A DNA stretch of 64,000 nt from Raillietiella orientalis (taxonomy: Eukaryota). Below, piece by piece: positions 33,955 through 49,100 of the stretch. The DNA lies in assembly GCA_036172245.1 (NCBI GenBank), contig JAYWIR010000045.1:1302001-1366000 (forward strand), written 5' to 3'. The number at the start of each line of letters is the position of its first letter. The stretch's first letter is position 1. A model generated the notes under the pieces. The model had not been told where the DNA came from. It did not search any database and worked only from the letters and a program-made list of their open reading frames with translations. Made by a program: the position numbers and the translations under genes.

Positions 33955-36373
33955 TCAAATCTATTGACCCTCCCAGCAGATGATATGAATAATAATATAT
34001 TGTGAATTGTTTCTTAAGTATTTGTTAATAATGCAAACAGATTTTTACCCTTAGTATTCATGAAGGTATTTATTACGAACTAATCAAAACATTTGAACAT
34101 GAGAACCAAGTGTTGTGCTCATTAAGCTTATGAATGTGATTAAAAAAATCATCCAAGTATTCTACTGTGGAATTAAATGGGGATCTGTAGCCCACTGTAG
34201 TTTTGAATATGTAGCAGATATTGTGTGGGTTAGTATATATATATATATGTAAATATATTTTTTTATGTAATCGTAGCTATTGGAAGTGAATTTTAAAAAG
34301 CTATTGTATATGAAATTACAATGCAACTGCATTTAAAACATTAAAAATGAGCTTCCATAGATTTTAATTTCTGTGAGTGGTATTCTGCGTACATCATTTT
34401 AAGAGATTATGTTTCTATTTCACACTTTGTGGAAATCATACCTGTGTTTACATATTATGTTGTTAAATTACATTAAAGTAATTTAGCATGAAACATTAAA
34501 TGAACTTTTGGTGACTAGTTTTGTAGATTATAATATGTTTGTAATTTACAGCTGGTAATCGATTTTCAGTGAGATTTTCGTTATTTCAAAGCATCAGTGA
34601 CTAGTAATAGGTTTTCTGTATAATTGGGCGTATAACCAAATTTTTCTTGCACAAATGAACTTTTGAAATGCTACTGGATAGAAAAACGTATGTAGACTGA
34701 ATGCGTTAAAAAGTAAAGTAACTTTTGTAATTATTAAGTGTGCAGTTTGGCCTTACAACCGGAATTATTCAAAAATTATTCTGAATATTCCAAAGTAATC
34801 GTAAACTTGCATATTTGAAAAGTGATCACGTTTTTGTAAAGCTCTTGCATTTTGATTTCATTCGCTTAGTACACAAACAATTATGTAGTTTGCAAACTTC
34901 AACGATAAAATGTTCAGTGACAATTATTGGACCATGTTTTACTTGCTTGATCTTTGACACGAATGGCACCCAAATTTTCATTTCGTGCAAATGTTGAAAA
35001 CAGGTGTTTGAAAATTCGGTTCCACCCTGAATCAATATGTCTTCGTTTCAATCCGATTCGCCTTGGTCAGCCAGTCTGGAAAGTGAAAACATCAAATGCA
35101 AATGCAAAACCTACTTCTCCGTCTTCTTATTGAGCCAGTGATCCTGTGATACGGAGTTAGCATTGAGCCATTTTCCAAACCGCCGTCCAGGCGGAGCAAG
35201 TAGTGATCTGTGCCCATCCTGTTTCATGCATTTCACCTCATTGTGGACTCTCTTCGATTTCAAGATTTTGTGGTTTTTCGGTTATACTGCTGTGTGTTGT
35301 GACTGGCGCCGAAGAGTGCTTGCCCCCTTCCTCCCCACCCCCACCCCCCGTGTGTTCAGACCTTTCCGCCAGTGGCCGTTTCCGGGCTCGGTCATCTGAG
35401 TGGACGCTGTCCTTTTCGTCCCGAAGGAGCCCCCGTTGTCACAGTATTATGGTACTATTTAACAGGACCTCTGCCGGGGTCACTACGTGCCGCTCCTGCT
35501 TGCCAAGGATTAGGTGATTACGGGCGTAGATTGACCGTGTAGCAATTCGTGTTCGTTTATTTACTTGCACCCTTGTGACTATTCGTGCCATCATCTCTTC
35601 ATCTCATCTAGGTAAATGGCCGAAGGCTTCTCTGAACATCGAGTTTCAGCTGTGGTTAAAGGGGGAAAAAAAATGAATTTCTGATTTCCAGGTGAAACTG
35701 GTGCCCGGTTTTTTGTGTCCCTTCCCAATGTGAATTAACATTACGATTTCATGTAATCGTGAATGATGGCTTTCTCTCTCTATCTCTCTCGTCTTATCTG
35801 TTGTCTTTTTTCACTAAAAGAAGAAATTATTCGTGTCAGCAAAACACTATAGACGTTGTACATATGTGTGTTTGTATTTATTTTCCTTGTGCTGTATGAC
35901 TTGAACTGTCAGAATTTCAAAATAATATTTGCCTTTCAAAAAGTGTGTGTGTGTGTGTATCTTTTCATCATCGAATCTCCGCCAGCATCCATGCTGACTG
36001 CTTATTTGATTTCGATGTTTCTGGTTCCGTGTTGAGCAGATTTGCTCTGTTTATTATCGGATGCTGCGCACGGTGCACCTGTCTTTCATTTAACTTGTCT
36101 TTTGAGATCGAGGCGATCGAAACAAACTTCAGCCACTTCCCCACCCCCATTTAGACATTTTTCATGTTTTTTTATTTTCTGCGTTTCTCAGGTTGTGTTG
36201 CTTTATATATATATATAAATGATTTCCTTCGTTCCAGGAACGTAAGTCATTAGATTACTATTGCCACGAGTTACTTGGTTTATAACCTTGTGTACCAAAT
36301 GTTCGGTTCCGTTTGTTTGTCTGTCTGTCCTTTTTTTGTGTGTGTGTGTGTGTGTGTATATTTTGTGTTTCAG

Positions 36374-37381
36374 TGTACGGGAGTATCGATGCAACCGACA
36401 ATCTTTTCCGATGAACTTATTATTTCTGATCACTTTTCCATAAGATTTGGAACCATCCAAAGAGGTGATATTGTCATCGCCCGTTCGCCGGTTGATCCAT
36501 CGATGTTGATTTGCAAACGAATTGTGGGAATTCCCGGAGACAAAATAAAATGTGGACTTTATTCGAGGAAGGTAATGGTTTCTCTCATATGTATGATGTA
36601 CATACACATCTTTGGCCTCGATTTGTGGCATAAAACCGATTGCATTCAGGTTGAGTGGCACTGAAAGCGAATTTCCGCCCTCTGTTTATTGAATCTTTAG
36701 GTAAAATAATGTCAGTTCGAAAACGTGAGAACAAGTAGATTTCCTATTAGCTGTTGCACACCCTTGGCCAGTAACCCCAGCATGCGCTCTTTTCTGGGGT
36801 GCTGACCCGCTCAGCCCTTAAAACGAAATTTCAGCTCGTTTCCTTGCTATAAGTTACTGTAGATCATCTACTTAATTAGCGATCAGTTTCCGTTGGATTC
36901 TAAATCATTCGTTGTCTACAACAGCCGAGATGTTCAAACATAAGTGTTACGTATGTGTTTGATGACTGTAATTCCCACAAGTAGATGTTAACTTTAAACT
37001 GGGATGATTTTTGAGCAAGTACGGCATTTTCGTGACTTGGTTTTCCCATACTTCTAAAGTACATAAAACGTTATGCTAAATTCACTGTGACACTTTGTGC
37101 CGAGATGACGATCGGAAAGTAAATCAATCCGTTTGAACCATAACGGATTCGTTTGCTTTGAAGTGGTTGCATTTCGATGGTTCTTGTAATGCTCGGCATG
37201 CCGGCTGTGTTACGCGAATTTCACTAATCCTCTGTAGGTTGTACCAGAAGGTCACCTGTGGATCCAAGGCGACAATCAGCATAATTCGACAGATTCTCGG
37301 GATTATGGCCCTATCCCCCAAGGCTTGGTCGTTGGCAAAGCAGTTTGCAAAATCTGGCCTTTTGTGAAAGTTCTCAAGTAG
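36374..37381 (+). CDS. IMMP1L: Mitochondrial inner membrane protease subunit 1 (peptidase S26); first coding exon unresolved
   Basis: Exon 36374-36571 [11 protein letters not shown]...[31 protein letters not shown] (Ser-Lys dyad); phase-0 intron; exon 37238-37381 [47 protein letters not shown]. The 'I-C-K-R' and 'N-S-T-D-S-R-x-Y-G-P-I-P' motifs are IMP1-type. Confidence 0.92.
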
Positions 37382-38475
37382 ATACGCCTGTGCACCCCAA
37401 ATACACTTTTGTTCTTTGGTTGTTTATGATTGGTGGCTCACCATTGGAAGAAAGCGATCACCAATTCACACAAACGTGTCGCAGCATATATTTGCAGAGT
37501 GCATCTTCTGACACCTATTCGCTGTCTGCATCACCAGGTGCTGATTTGGACAACACGGATGTGCGAGCATTTTTAATAAGCAGTTCTATAAATTTCGTTT
37601 CAAGGAAACCAAATGTTCTCATTTTGCTTCTTTTTTTTTTTGTTTTGTTTTGTTTTGGACTATCAGTTGATTGATTCACAGGTTTGTACGGTTTACTCCA
37701 GGAAAAAGGCACTGAACTCGTATTTATCTGCATGGACGAGCGATTTCATCTCAGTATTTGTCTTCACTTTGCACAAAGGCGAAGTCAGCATTCAAATCCG
37801 TATGGATGTAAATTGCATCGAAGGAAACCTAAAGGCAGAACGAAGGAAAAACAAAAAACACATCTTGTATTACTTCTTACGCTTTTCTGTGGGGAAATAT
37901 GAACTCCGGAGGTACTATAATAACTTTGATTGCATGGTGTGGGCCTCGTCTGTAGCAATCATTTGTCAGTAGCAAGAAGAAAAAAAAAGATTCTTTTTTG
38001 TTCTTTCTTTCTTTGCTTTCAATCAGCAAGGTTTGGAGAACAGGAAATTTAAAAGAAAAAAAAAAAACTCTCTTCGCATTTGTCTACATTCAATTGTTCC
38101 TATGTATGCCGAAACTAGATTTTGTAAAGTACTTTATTTTATTTTTTGTACTTTATTTTGAACGGTTTTCATCATCCCTCCCCCCCCCCCCCACACCTCT
38201 CTCTCTCCCTTAAAGCATCTTAAGATTATAGTACACAGTTTCCAAACAGGTGTTCTCTCATTTAGTACAGGGGGATTGGAAAACTGTTGCATTGATTTTT
38301 AAATGGGTTCTTTCAAAAAGATCTTCGGAGAAGAAAGTGACTCATAAGAATGCATTGTACTCTCAGAGATTCAAATGGGAAATGACATGCTGGATGTATT
38401 CCTAAGATTTTATTTACTTTTAGAGAGGGAGCAGACAAACCATCGTGGGGCACGGCAACGGCTGAACATTCAGCG

Positions 38476-38506
<31 letters not shown>

Positions 38507-38905
38507 CAAGAGACGAATCGATGCATTTTGATGATTTTGATAAGGATACGGCAAAAAAAAAAAAAGTTCGGGATTCGTATGTTTGCTGGCAAATAAATGA
38601 AGACTTTTTTTTTTCCTACTTGCCATTGTGTGACTGATGCTTTGTCGAGGTTTTGTATTTCGCAGTTGATATTCGAGGCAGTCACTTTTGCAACTGCAAT
38701 CGACGGTTGGAACCACACAATTTGAAGCACGAGCCGTGTGTGATAATTAAAGGATAATCCTAAACGGTTGGGGGTTCCCTGAGCGCATGTACGAATTTGG
38801 GGGCAGCGGGGGAGGGGTACGCTTCCTGGTGTTCCTGTAGAATACACGGAGGCCGAGTGAAGGTGATTGGAAGGGGTCGGGGTCAAATTCACTGGTCAGA
38901 GCAAG

Positions 38906-40145
38906 CTATCGAAATTCCCTCGCCGAAGAAATGTTTGAAGGAGACGGTTTGCGTAATCTTTGAAGTTGGATCTGGTTCGAGTTGCTGTTTGTAGAGAAGA
39001 CCGTGGATTTCGCCAGCTTCTTCTCTTTCTGTAGTTGATGTTTGATTACTGAAGGGATGTCCGGTATAGTGTAGGCAATTAATCCCATTATCGCGAATAC
39101 CACGTGCTGAAACACATAAAGGGGAATTATCTTCACAAGTACTTTTTTCCCCCCCCCCCCCCTCCGAGTGACGGTGCACGTGGAATCCTGTCCCGGCGAG
39201 AATCAGTAAATGCTTTGCATTTCTATTTTGCAAAAACACTACAGGGCTCGTGTGCAAACTTGGAATGTGTAATTGTGCCTCTCGAGTCACGTGTGATTCA
39301 TAGGAACGAGACCAGTTGGTAGCCACACCGAATGCATTTTGCATGCATGCAAAGTGTTCATCCGACTCCCTTCAATATACATGCACAGTTTACCCATTAA
39401 TTTACACGCATCGGAAACTTACCTCGTAAATTATGACAAACGCCAGACGTGCGGAAAGTATATGCCAATATATTGTGGAAACTTCATAGGACTCGGCCGA
39501 GGTGTTCTTCAGGTAACTTTTGAATCGGCATAATAATGGAGGATTTGGAGCAATTATGGGATTTGGAGCAATCCCCGGCGCATAGTGAGACGTATTGAAC
39601 ACTGAAGACAATCAATCAGTATTAAGATATGTTATGAGCTGCGAATATAAAAAGCAGGTTATTCCTCGAAAAGCCATCTCCCGGAATCCTAAACCTCATT
39701 TGCTACAGATAATCTGAAAATTCGTTTTTATGATATTTATCTACTTATTTGTTTTGTTTTCTCGGTTTTCAAGTGCTCTTTGAAATACTTCCTCCCCCCC
39801 CCCCGTCTAAGGAAAGCACTGCGTTACAGCACGCGGGCCGATTTTTCCCCCATTCGAATCCGTCCACTTACCAACGGGAGCGACCTCCGACTGATGCTGG
39901 GATTCTTGGGGGATGTGGAAACAGCAGCGTGTGCTCATCGAGCTTATTTGGGGGGGGGGGGGACGCTCCTTTTCCTCACAGCGCGTTTCGGATTTACATA
40001 TTGGCACAACTCCCGTCTGCTAAAACTTGAGCATTAGCGAGTCTTTTTTATGCGCAAACAAAAGCAACAAGTAAGGAATAGAATTTACATCCATTCACCT
40101 ATGCAAATCTACGCATGTGGTGATCTGACCGAGTACCAAATTTTC

Positions 40146-40182
<37 letters not shown>

Positions 40183-43100
40183 TGAAGGAAAAGGAACACG
40201 CACGGAACACAAAAAGAAGAAAAGGAAAACGGGTTTCCAAGTCGAATGTGCAATGCACGATTTCACAGTGTTTCCCATAACCGAACACCGGTCGAAAGTC
40301 GCACTTTGAAGAGTGTACGAAGGAGGCAGCGGATGCGGCCGCTGTTCGCAGTGGCTTCTTAGGCAACACCGTCGTGCATAAAGTTCAATTTGCTAGTTAT
40401 CGAATGTGGTTAAAATCGTCCTTTGCCAAAGGGCACGAAGGTGTTACGGAATGCGAACTTGAGAAATCGATCGCTGGAGGTCCTCGCGGTAAAACCCGCG
40501 GCTCGAAAAGACATCTTTGGGCGTTTCGTGAGAACGTCGAAGTGGACTCTCAGTTGTTGTGAAATCCAACCAAGTAAAAATGGAACTGTGCCCGAGGAAC
40601 CCACCAAACGAAAGCTTGCAAAGTCTTCGAGCTGGATCCAAGCAAGCACAAATCTGCAAGCATCAGTTGAAAGAAACATGTGCATCCTGGGTGAATTTCA
40701 CAGGAAATTCTGCAACGTTTTTATAACTCATGTGTGTGATGAATTACATCTTCTCGTATATACACACATTCATATGTTGATGCTGCGCAAGGCGCACATT
40801 CATTTCGCTGTTCATGTGTGATACGGCGCTTGGGCTCTCTCGCTCTTACGGATATCGAGAATGCGTGATTTCTCAATATGATGTAATGCCACACAGAATG
40901 TTATGTCTCGAATGCATTTCGGCCCATCACCAAAGGTAACGAACACAAGTTCTCTAGGTAACAAGCTGCAGCAGAATGCTATTAAGACTGAGTTGTAAAA
41001 GCAGATACTGAGGAATTGCAAAAGAACAAAACTTCAGAATTGTATAACAGAAATCAAAAATTCCTTCTGGAGTATGGATTTTTTTTTTTTTTCCTCTATG
41101 CTTCTCAAATTAACCGTCCGTAAACATTTCGACACCGTTACACAAATAATACTGTTATTTCATTAACTCGACATCGAGTCCTTTTCGTGGGTTAGATCAG
41201 GGGAGCAGCGAACGGTCTCGAGAACATCCAAGGATGTACATATCCGTCCGCATAGCAGCTGCAAAGCTCCACACAGAACTTGGAGACGCAGCATCACACC
41301 AGCGCACGGAATTCTTGTGAACGCATCGAAAATGCCCTTCGGGTTTGAGTGAGCCCTCGAGGTAGCGACGACATTTCGGCAAATTCATAGAAAACGGGTG
41401 TGTGCGCTCAGATACACGGCTCATTGGAAGGACTGGGTTTTCAGATGGTCCATGAGGAAACTTTCGCCACCGGAAACAAATTTTATCGGTTTGCTGAAAG
41501 AAGCACCGTGACCCATTCGTAATTCAAGCAGAACCAAGTGACCACCTGCGAACATACCCATGATCTTGTATAAGTAGTACGCCTTAGATGGAACACGACA
41601 CTGCCTGGAAATATCACCGCATCCTTATGCGTGCTTTTCATAATGTAATAAGTATGACATCATGACCACTTCGATTCGAAAGGAATACTTGAAATTTGTA
41701 GTTATTTATAAAGTTTCTTATGCTTTCTCGTGGAAACAACTTCATGATCCATGGATATCAAGAAATAGCGACCTTCGGATTCGGTGTACTTAGCACCTAC
41801 TAGGACCGTGCAACCCTGTTCCGGAGGATACACCTTTTATTCTTTTATTTACTTCATTATGGCTATTCGCTTATAATTCTGCTTTAGACAGAGATTCTTA
41901 CACTGTACAATTATAGATCGTTCTATGCTACGTATTAACGTTCTTTTTTCATATTTATGTTACTCTATGTACGTACGAAGTGTACGTAGTTTTAACTATT
42001 AGTATTCTTGCGAGCCTTTTTTCCGTCTGATCTCCTCCAGGTACACAATTTACAATCAGTTTTAAAACCGCGCTGAATGATTTCATTCGATGATTCTGTA
42101 TCAATCTGGAGCAACCAGTACTGAGCAGAAGCCCAATTTGCGGTGAAAAAGAGCGAAGTACCTGTATTGCATGTATTGTACAATTAGTGCTAATAAAACA
42201 CCTAGATGTGAAGCAAGAAGACGCATCAACGGAACCTGAAATCATCTGCTATTGGTTTCCGAAAGCGATTTGGATGGCTTTTACATCTATCACGTCACGA
42301 CGTTGCAACTTCTGAAGAAGAGTTGGGAGATGCAATCGATAACACGAATCTTCATTTGTACCGGCGGCATCGTTACTCAAGGCAAGGATTAGCGAACGTA
42401 AACACCCATTGAAACTTGGACACTGTCCCAAAAATGTGTGGTAAAAAAAAAAAATCAACGGAGTTAAATTCTAATGCTTGAGAAAGAGACAAACTGCACA
42501 GCAGCTCAATAGCCCTCAAAAGTGATGAGGTCTTTGAGTCTTGTTGCTCCATCTACCTTGAATGTTATTACCTTCTGTTTTGAAGAGTGTCCTCCTGTCG
42601 GAAAAAGTAAACCAAGAGGACACGCTTTTTGTAAATAAGAAATATAATAAAATATTTTATTTTATATAATCGAGAAACGGCGACGACTGCCTCTGCACAG
42701 CAGCTTTCAATCGAGTAAATAAATTCAAAAGGCGCGTTCTTTAGTTTTCCTTTTTTTAGAACTTGCGCAGAAGGTCGCTGTTAAAGTATCGGCATGGCAT
42801 TTGGAGAAGAAAAAAGACATAAAAAGGTAACCTGAGTGACACTTCGTCAGCAACCTACTAGTTTTTAAGATGAACAAGAGGCGAGAAGACAGCTTGCTGA
42901 GCTATCAGCGTTCTGTAGATTTACCAGATGATTCAGAACAGCGCGTTTTCCGGAAAATCAGAAACGCAACATTTGAAATCAAAATTGCATGGATTTTCTT
43001 TTTTGTTTTGGCTTTAGAAATCAGTGCAAGTTCCCAGAAGTCGCGCTGACTTGCATTCAGCTATTGTGGTATTATTCCTACGTAAAAGGCAATCTCCCAT

Positions 43101-46100
43101 CTGCTTGCAAAACTCGGCAGAAGATGGTCTTGCCAAACCATAAAGCTTGCTAGCTATGAAAAAGAAGTGAAAGGTAATCAGAGAAAGTGAAAAATAATAA
43201 TAATTTACTGCAACCATCATCTGATGCACCCTTTAAGACTCTTCCATCTGTGTGTTATTTATGTATCGTCGTATAAACTCACTGAGCTTAAAACCTGAAG
43301 CCTCGATTATGAAATTTCCCCAATGATTCGGAAAGACTGTGGTCATTCGATAGAATTGCTGAGAATAGAAGTACAGATTGATGATTATGGACTTGCACAG
43401 CAAACTCGACAGTTTTGCTCAAGATGCCTTCACGAATTTTGAAAGAAATTCAGGAGAGGCGGAACCAAACGGTCATGTATCGTGTTTTAGAGAAAACCAA
43501 GCTATGCGAGAGATGCGATGCCCGTGTGTGGTACAGCGCTCCAGAGATCAAAGCATCAGAAACCGCAACTTGTATCCAGGGGTATGTCGAAATGAAATTC
43601 GTCATTTGTGCTTCGGTAAATGTCCAAACCAATACCTCGGTGAATTTCGTGATTCCGTCGGTTATTTACATGAAACACTGTGGAGAACATTCTACACTTT
43701 GGTGAAGCTAAGAAGTCTCATTGTTGCCATGGAGAAAGACATTCTAGCATGCACAAAGTTGCTTCTTCCGGAGTATCAAAATTTTAGATGCCCAGAAGCT
43801 TCTCAACCTCAACTAGTCAATAGAATGAAACAGTCTAATAGAACTACAAATGATGGGCACAGCAGCGAGATGTTCGACACATGCTTTGTGTTACGCCCAG
43901 AGACTGAACACCTACGGAACCGCAGATCCGTTTCCTTTTCTCTCAAAATACAGGAGACAAGAGCGACACATAGGATGCTGTGAAAGACACCAGTTCGTGC
44001 AGAGAATTCGTTACATGTGTGCATGACCTTTGATATTTTGAGGGGAAATGCGAATTTCACTTTACATGACCTCTCAAGGTCGTCTTTTGACACAACACTG
44101 CGGTTCAACGAAAATCGGACATTTTTTTCATAAGTGCACGTTCCGATGCCAAACTGCAATCATGGCTTCGTGCTTATTTACGGACACAAGAGTCGTCATC
44201 ATTCCAGCACAATCAGCTGTCGCAAAAAGAGCTCTGGAACTCGAGCACGAAGGCCGACTGCGAGCGTCATTCTCCTGGGAATCTTCTAGATCAAAGTCAA
44301 CGCAAGGTGCAAATGAGAAAAATTTCTCGAAAATCGAAGCGAACAGAAGAATCATTGCTTTAAAGAGATGCCACAGGCATGTACTGAAACCGAGGCTAGA
44401 AGACCGCAGATGACATCCGGCATTCAAAATCAGCGGGTGACCATGCAAGGACAGTATCCAAGGCGGAATTTTGCAGCACTCATGGAATTCGCCAATTTGG
44501 AATGTTCCAAACGCTTGAGTCACACTTTGTTTTTGCTTTGCTTCGATGTCATCCTACCCCTGAGATACCTCCCATTTCCGATCGCTAATTGCAGAATTTC
44601 TTTGCCTTCCTTGCTAGTAATGGAACTCGCTGATATCATGAGGTCCACTACTCGCAAGAGTCCCTGTCCTCTGTCAGCACTCCTTGCCATTGCCAAACAC
44701 GCTCCTCTCTCTCCAAAAGACGGACCATCAAGTGATAAGAAACTTTCGACCTAAAATTATAACTATCGGAAAAATAAAATCGATGGAGAAATTAAAAGGA
44801 TAGGAATCCGCATCTTCAGAAGAACATCGAATCCAAAGGGCATTGTCAGAATTCCAATGGACTAACAAAACTGGCGATCTAACTTTTGGAATACCCCAAA
44901 GTACTTCTGGCGGCTGACACACGTCTACAGTTCTATAAAAGCCATCCAGTAAAGCAGCGTTTCCCTGAATAAAAAATTACGATCGCAGATCCCACGTACA
45001 ACGGGAATAATGGTCTTGTCTACCCGTGTCGTGGTGCTCCTTTCCCAATCATTTCGAATGCTTCCCTCACCATCGCACACAGCAGACAGAGACGCAGTAG
45101 TAAAACATGTAGGTGCTGCGCATCCTCAGCTAATCTCGTTGCATGGTTCTGAGTCACTGCATATTCACAAAACTGGCATCATTCACTGCAATCACATTTG
45201 GGCGGATCCTCTCCCCTCCCCCCCTTCCCCGTAAAAAAGAAGATTTGTCCTGGTGATCCCTGGAGGCTTCATAAGGTCTTCGTGCAATTCGCGAAAACTG
45301 AGACGTAATGAGAATGCAAACATCCAGGTCCACAAGAGGAGCGGCTCTAAGGTATATATAGGTTGCTGTCATCATGACGGATAGGATAGCAGTAGACTGC
45401 TCTCCGCTTTGGAAGCTGGGTTGGAAAGGAGCAGACTGCGTCTTGCATCACCCGTGAAGAAACCTGAGGTTGCTGTTGGAAGAGCGAGCGTGAACCGGGA
45501 AATGAAGCCATTCAGCCCTTTCATTCCGGACCGCGTTTTACTCTCCAAACAGAGCCCATCTCCTAGCCAGTGGTACTTTCTATTTGATCTGTGAGTGAAA
45601 GCAAACCCACGGATCTGTGGTTCGGAATGAATAATTCACTCTAAGAAAGTGATGACTTCCAAGTGACCTGTAAGAACGAACAGTCCGCCTGCTGCGGGTA
45701 TTTCGGACGATTTCACAGCGGACGCACGAGCCCGGGCAACCAAAGGACCCGGGATCTGGTGAGCCGCACGAGTTCCGATGCAGACTTTAGAAGTGCAGGT
45801 GCACTCCGGCGCTGACCGAAAAACGGAAAGGGTTCTTCTCTGCTCCGAAGAACAAAAGTCATCCACTCACTGTCCTTCACCCTCCCGGACAAAGATCGGG
45901 AGAAGCACTTTCAGTAAGCCACGCCCAAACACCGGACGAACGACTCTGAATGATTTGGTCGTCACCCTCCCTTCACAAATGTTCCCGCCAGGGGATGGAT
46001 GTCTAAGCAGCGCTCGCTGTCTGCTTTGGGGGCTCTGATCGACGTGCTCGTCAAGAACAATGCGGAAGTGAGAAAGCGCTTTCTGCGGACGCAGGCCGAT

Positions 46101-49100
46101 CACACGTTATGGGCACACCGAATGGGCACACTTCTTGAGAGCCTCCTCGGAGAAGGTCTGCCCCCTCTTCACGCTTGACTCGTGCGTTTCAGTGCCGCAC
46201 TGGGCAACAAACGCCAAAGTTCATCCGACCCGCAAGAGGCAGATTTATGAGGTTCGCGCCACTGCTGGACTCCCTGGATTGAGCTGGCACGATGAAATGT
46301 CGCCTTACCCCGCACCCACGTACCACTGTGGTAGGCATCTAGTCTATAAACCCTTTTTGGTTCCTTGGTCCCGAAGATATATGTAATCACAAGCAAGCAC
46401 TGTTTAGCTCGATGCTGTCAACGGCATTCCCTCTGGCTGATTCATAAGCTCTGATACATGAAACTTTCCCTTGTCATCACGACTGTGCGCTCTCTCATCC
46501 CCGAATGACGTGAGGTGCCACGGAACCATTTCCATCCGAAAGCATCAGAACAGTAGCAGATTGCACAGATTAATGGAAAGGGTTAGAGCTTTCCTTCCTC
46601 TCTGCTGTTGTCAAGATGCTTTGCTCGAAGCTGTCAAGATGCATTTCTCTCCGGTGAAGCGAAATCGTCATAGACCGATACCTAAAGATGACTCGGCTGA
46701 CCATAAGAAACCGGATTGAAAAAAGGTAACTTCCGGACCCACGGGAAGCATTCACGGAAGCATACCGCGCTGTAAAACCGGATTGTACATCGTCGTGAAC
46801 TGTAAACGAATTGAAATCAGGACGGAAGGGGCAGGCCGCAAGTGTTCTGCACGTTGTGGTTCAGTGTCACCGCCCGATCCTCAAGGCGACTTCTCAGCGG
46901 CTGAAAACTCAGAACAGGACCAGCAGATACCCTATCGACACGGAACACAGAACACACTGACTGCATTGGTCGGGATGGAGAACTTGCATGAGAATTGTGT
47001 GGTGTGCGCAGTCTCCCATTAGTTTGCTGCCCTATCGTCTCGAGATGAATCCTTGAATGCTTGAAGACTGAGGATGAGATTCAGGAGAAGCGCGACATCG
47101 GCACGGACACAGGCAGAAAGTGTTTTTTTTTTTTTTTTTTTGGCTCTCACTCTCCGTCCAGAACTTGTTCATCTCCACCGGGTGGGGTCGTAAACGTGTA
47201 CGCCGATTTGGAAAGTTCGAGGGTTTTCTTTGGAGAGGACGGATTGCTCCTGGCGTCAGACCGCTGTTCGCGCGCTTCGCTCTGTTACCAAGGCAACGCC
47301 ACTGTCAAGCGGGCATCGCAGAGTCTCATCCCGTCTTCGTCCGACTTTTTCATAAAACTAGCGTGTTTTCCACGTATATAAAACAAAATTATAGTCGCGT
47401 GTTTGTTACATGAGAATTACCAGTATGACTTTTTTTCCTTTCTTTCTTTTCTTTTTTCTTTTTTTACCTGAAAGGGATGCGTTGACAAATCCTCGGAAAG
47501 ATTTATCTATGGAATAGAAATGTTTGTACACCATGCGGGGAACGAAGTCACTGGTGTAAGCGATAATGAAAGCCTTGGAGATGAAAAAAGAAAAAAAAAA
47601 TCATTCATGCCCATCTCTTCAAAGGAACACAAAATTGACTGCTTACATTTGCGATGACGGCGATGTATGAGATTCCTTGAAGTATGCCGAGCCACGCCCC
47701 GATGTCTTGCGACCGAGAAGCCAGGGGCCTCCTTATCTGAGTGACGAATTTGTACGCGTCGAGGCGGATCTCCACGATGTTGTTGATGAGAGCGACAAGG
47801 GGTGCAAGAGGGAAAGCCACGGCGAAGATGGTGACGAAACCGTACTGGATCACTGGAAAGAGAGGTCGGAGGAATGCAGACAATCCGAGGCGATGGCGTG
47901 GCGACAGCAGTACATTCTCACAGACCTGACCTCGAGCCCTTTCGGCTTGAGGAAGCTACGCGGCGGTGCCGAACGGACCGACGGATCTGACTGCGAACAG
48001 CGATGATGATGGTTCGCATCTTCCCCTCCACAGAGGCAACCTCATCAGGAAATCCGTGCCCAAGCAATGGAGGTGCGGATACTTCCTTATGAACCACTCT
48101 CAGAAGTTCCGGAAGCCGCCCTACGTGTCACGTGTCACCGATCTCGATATACCAAGCATAACGCTAGGAAGTCACACGCCATTCCCTATTCCTTACTCTA
48201 CTGAAAAGTGGCTTCCAGAGAGAATGCGAATCGCGCTACCGAAGCACCTACCCCACCCCACTTATCAAATCACTCATGTCTTTCACGATAGAGCCCAGTG
48301 GGCACGTGAGGGTCTGGATAAGGTAGGAGTAAGGTTAGTGCAACCTGTAGGGGATGGTCGAAGTTGCTGCTTAAAGAATATTGTAAGTTTTGGTGCATGG
48401 AAATGAGATGAGTTTGATCCTGCAATCACGCTGGAAGTTACCGTGGGAACAGTGTACGCGGAAGTCTGGAGGGGAAGGGATAAAATGAAATGGTAGGGCT
48501 ACTTGCTATCTAAGAAGAAGGATGTTTGGAGTGATGATGTAGCATAAGGTATAGCCATGTTGGTGCGATGCCTTCTACAGGTTACACGCGTGGTGATTGT
48601 ATTGATGGGAATACGTGCTTCGATGCATCTGTGGTTGCATGGAAATGAAGATCGGGGGATGACCGATGCATTGGAGAGTAAGGGGAGAGACTTGGCGGAG
48701 GTTGATCGTTTGCCTCAAGATTTCTTGGTAGGTTACGTCCGAGCTGGTTTCGGATTACAAAGTGGTGTAGGGACGTGGTGCGCATGCTTTCTTGTGTTCC
48801 ATCGGAGTCTGGATTGATTGTTCGCTGGAGTTATCGTTGTCGCTACAACTTCCGATTTTTCAAGACATGGGTGAAAGCATCCTACTGAACGCTGGCGAAA
48901 ACCCAAACAGAAACTCAATGAAGCAGCGGATTTCTCTTCCGGTGACGTCATTTTGGGGGGGGGGGGACTTCGAAATGCTGATGCCTCGAACCGAGGCTGC
49001 AGAAGACACAACTCTTTTCAATGGTTGCTTGCAAGAAACTGCGTCTGCAACCACCAACCGGATTCGTGCCCGATCGTTTAGTGAACGGCCTTCGTGTTGA

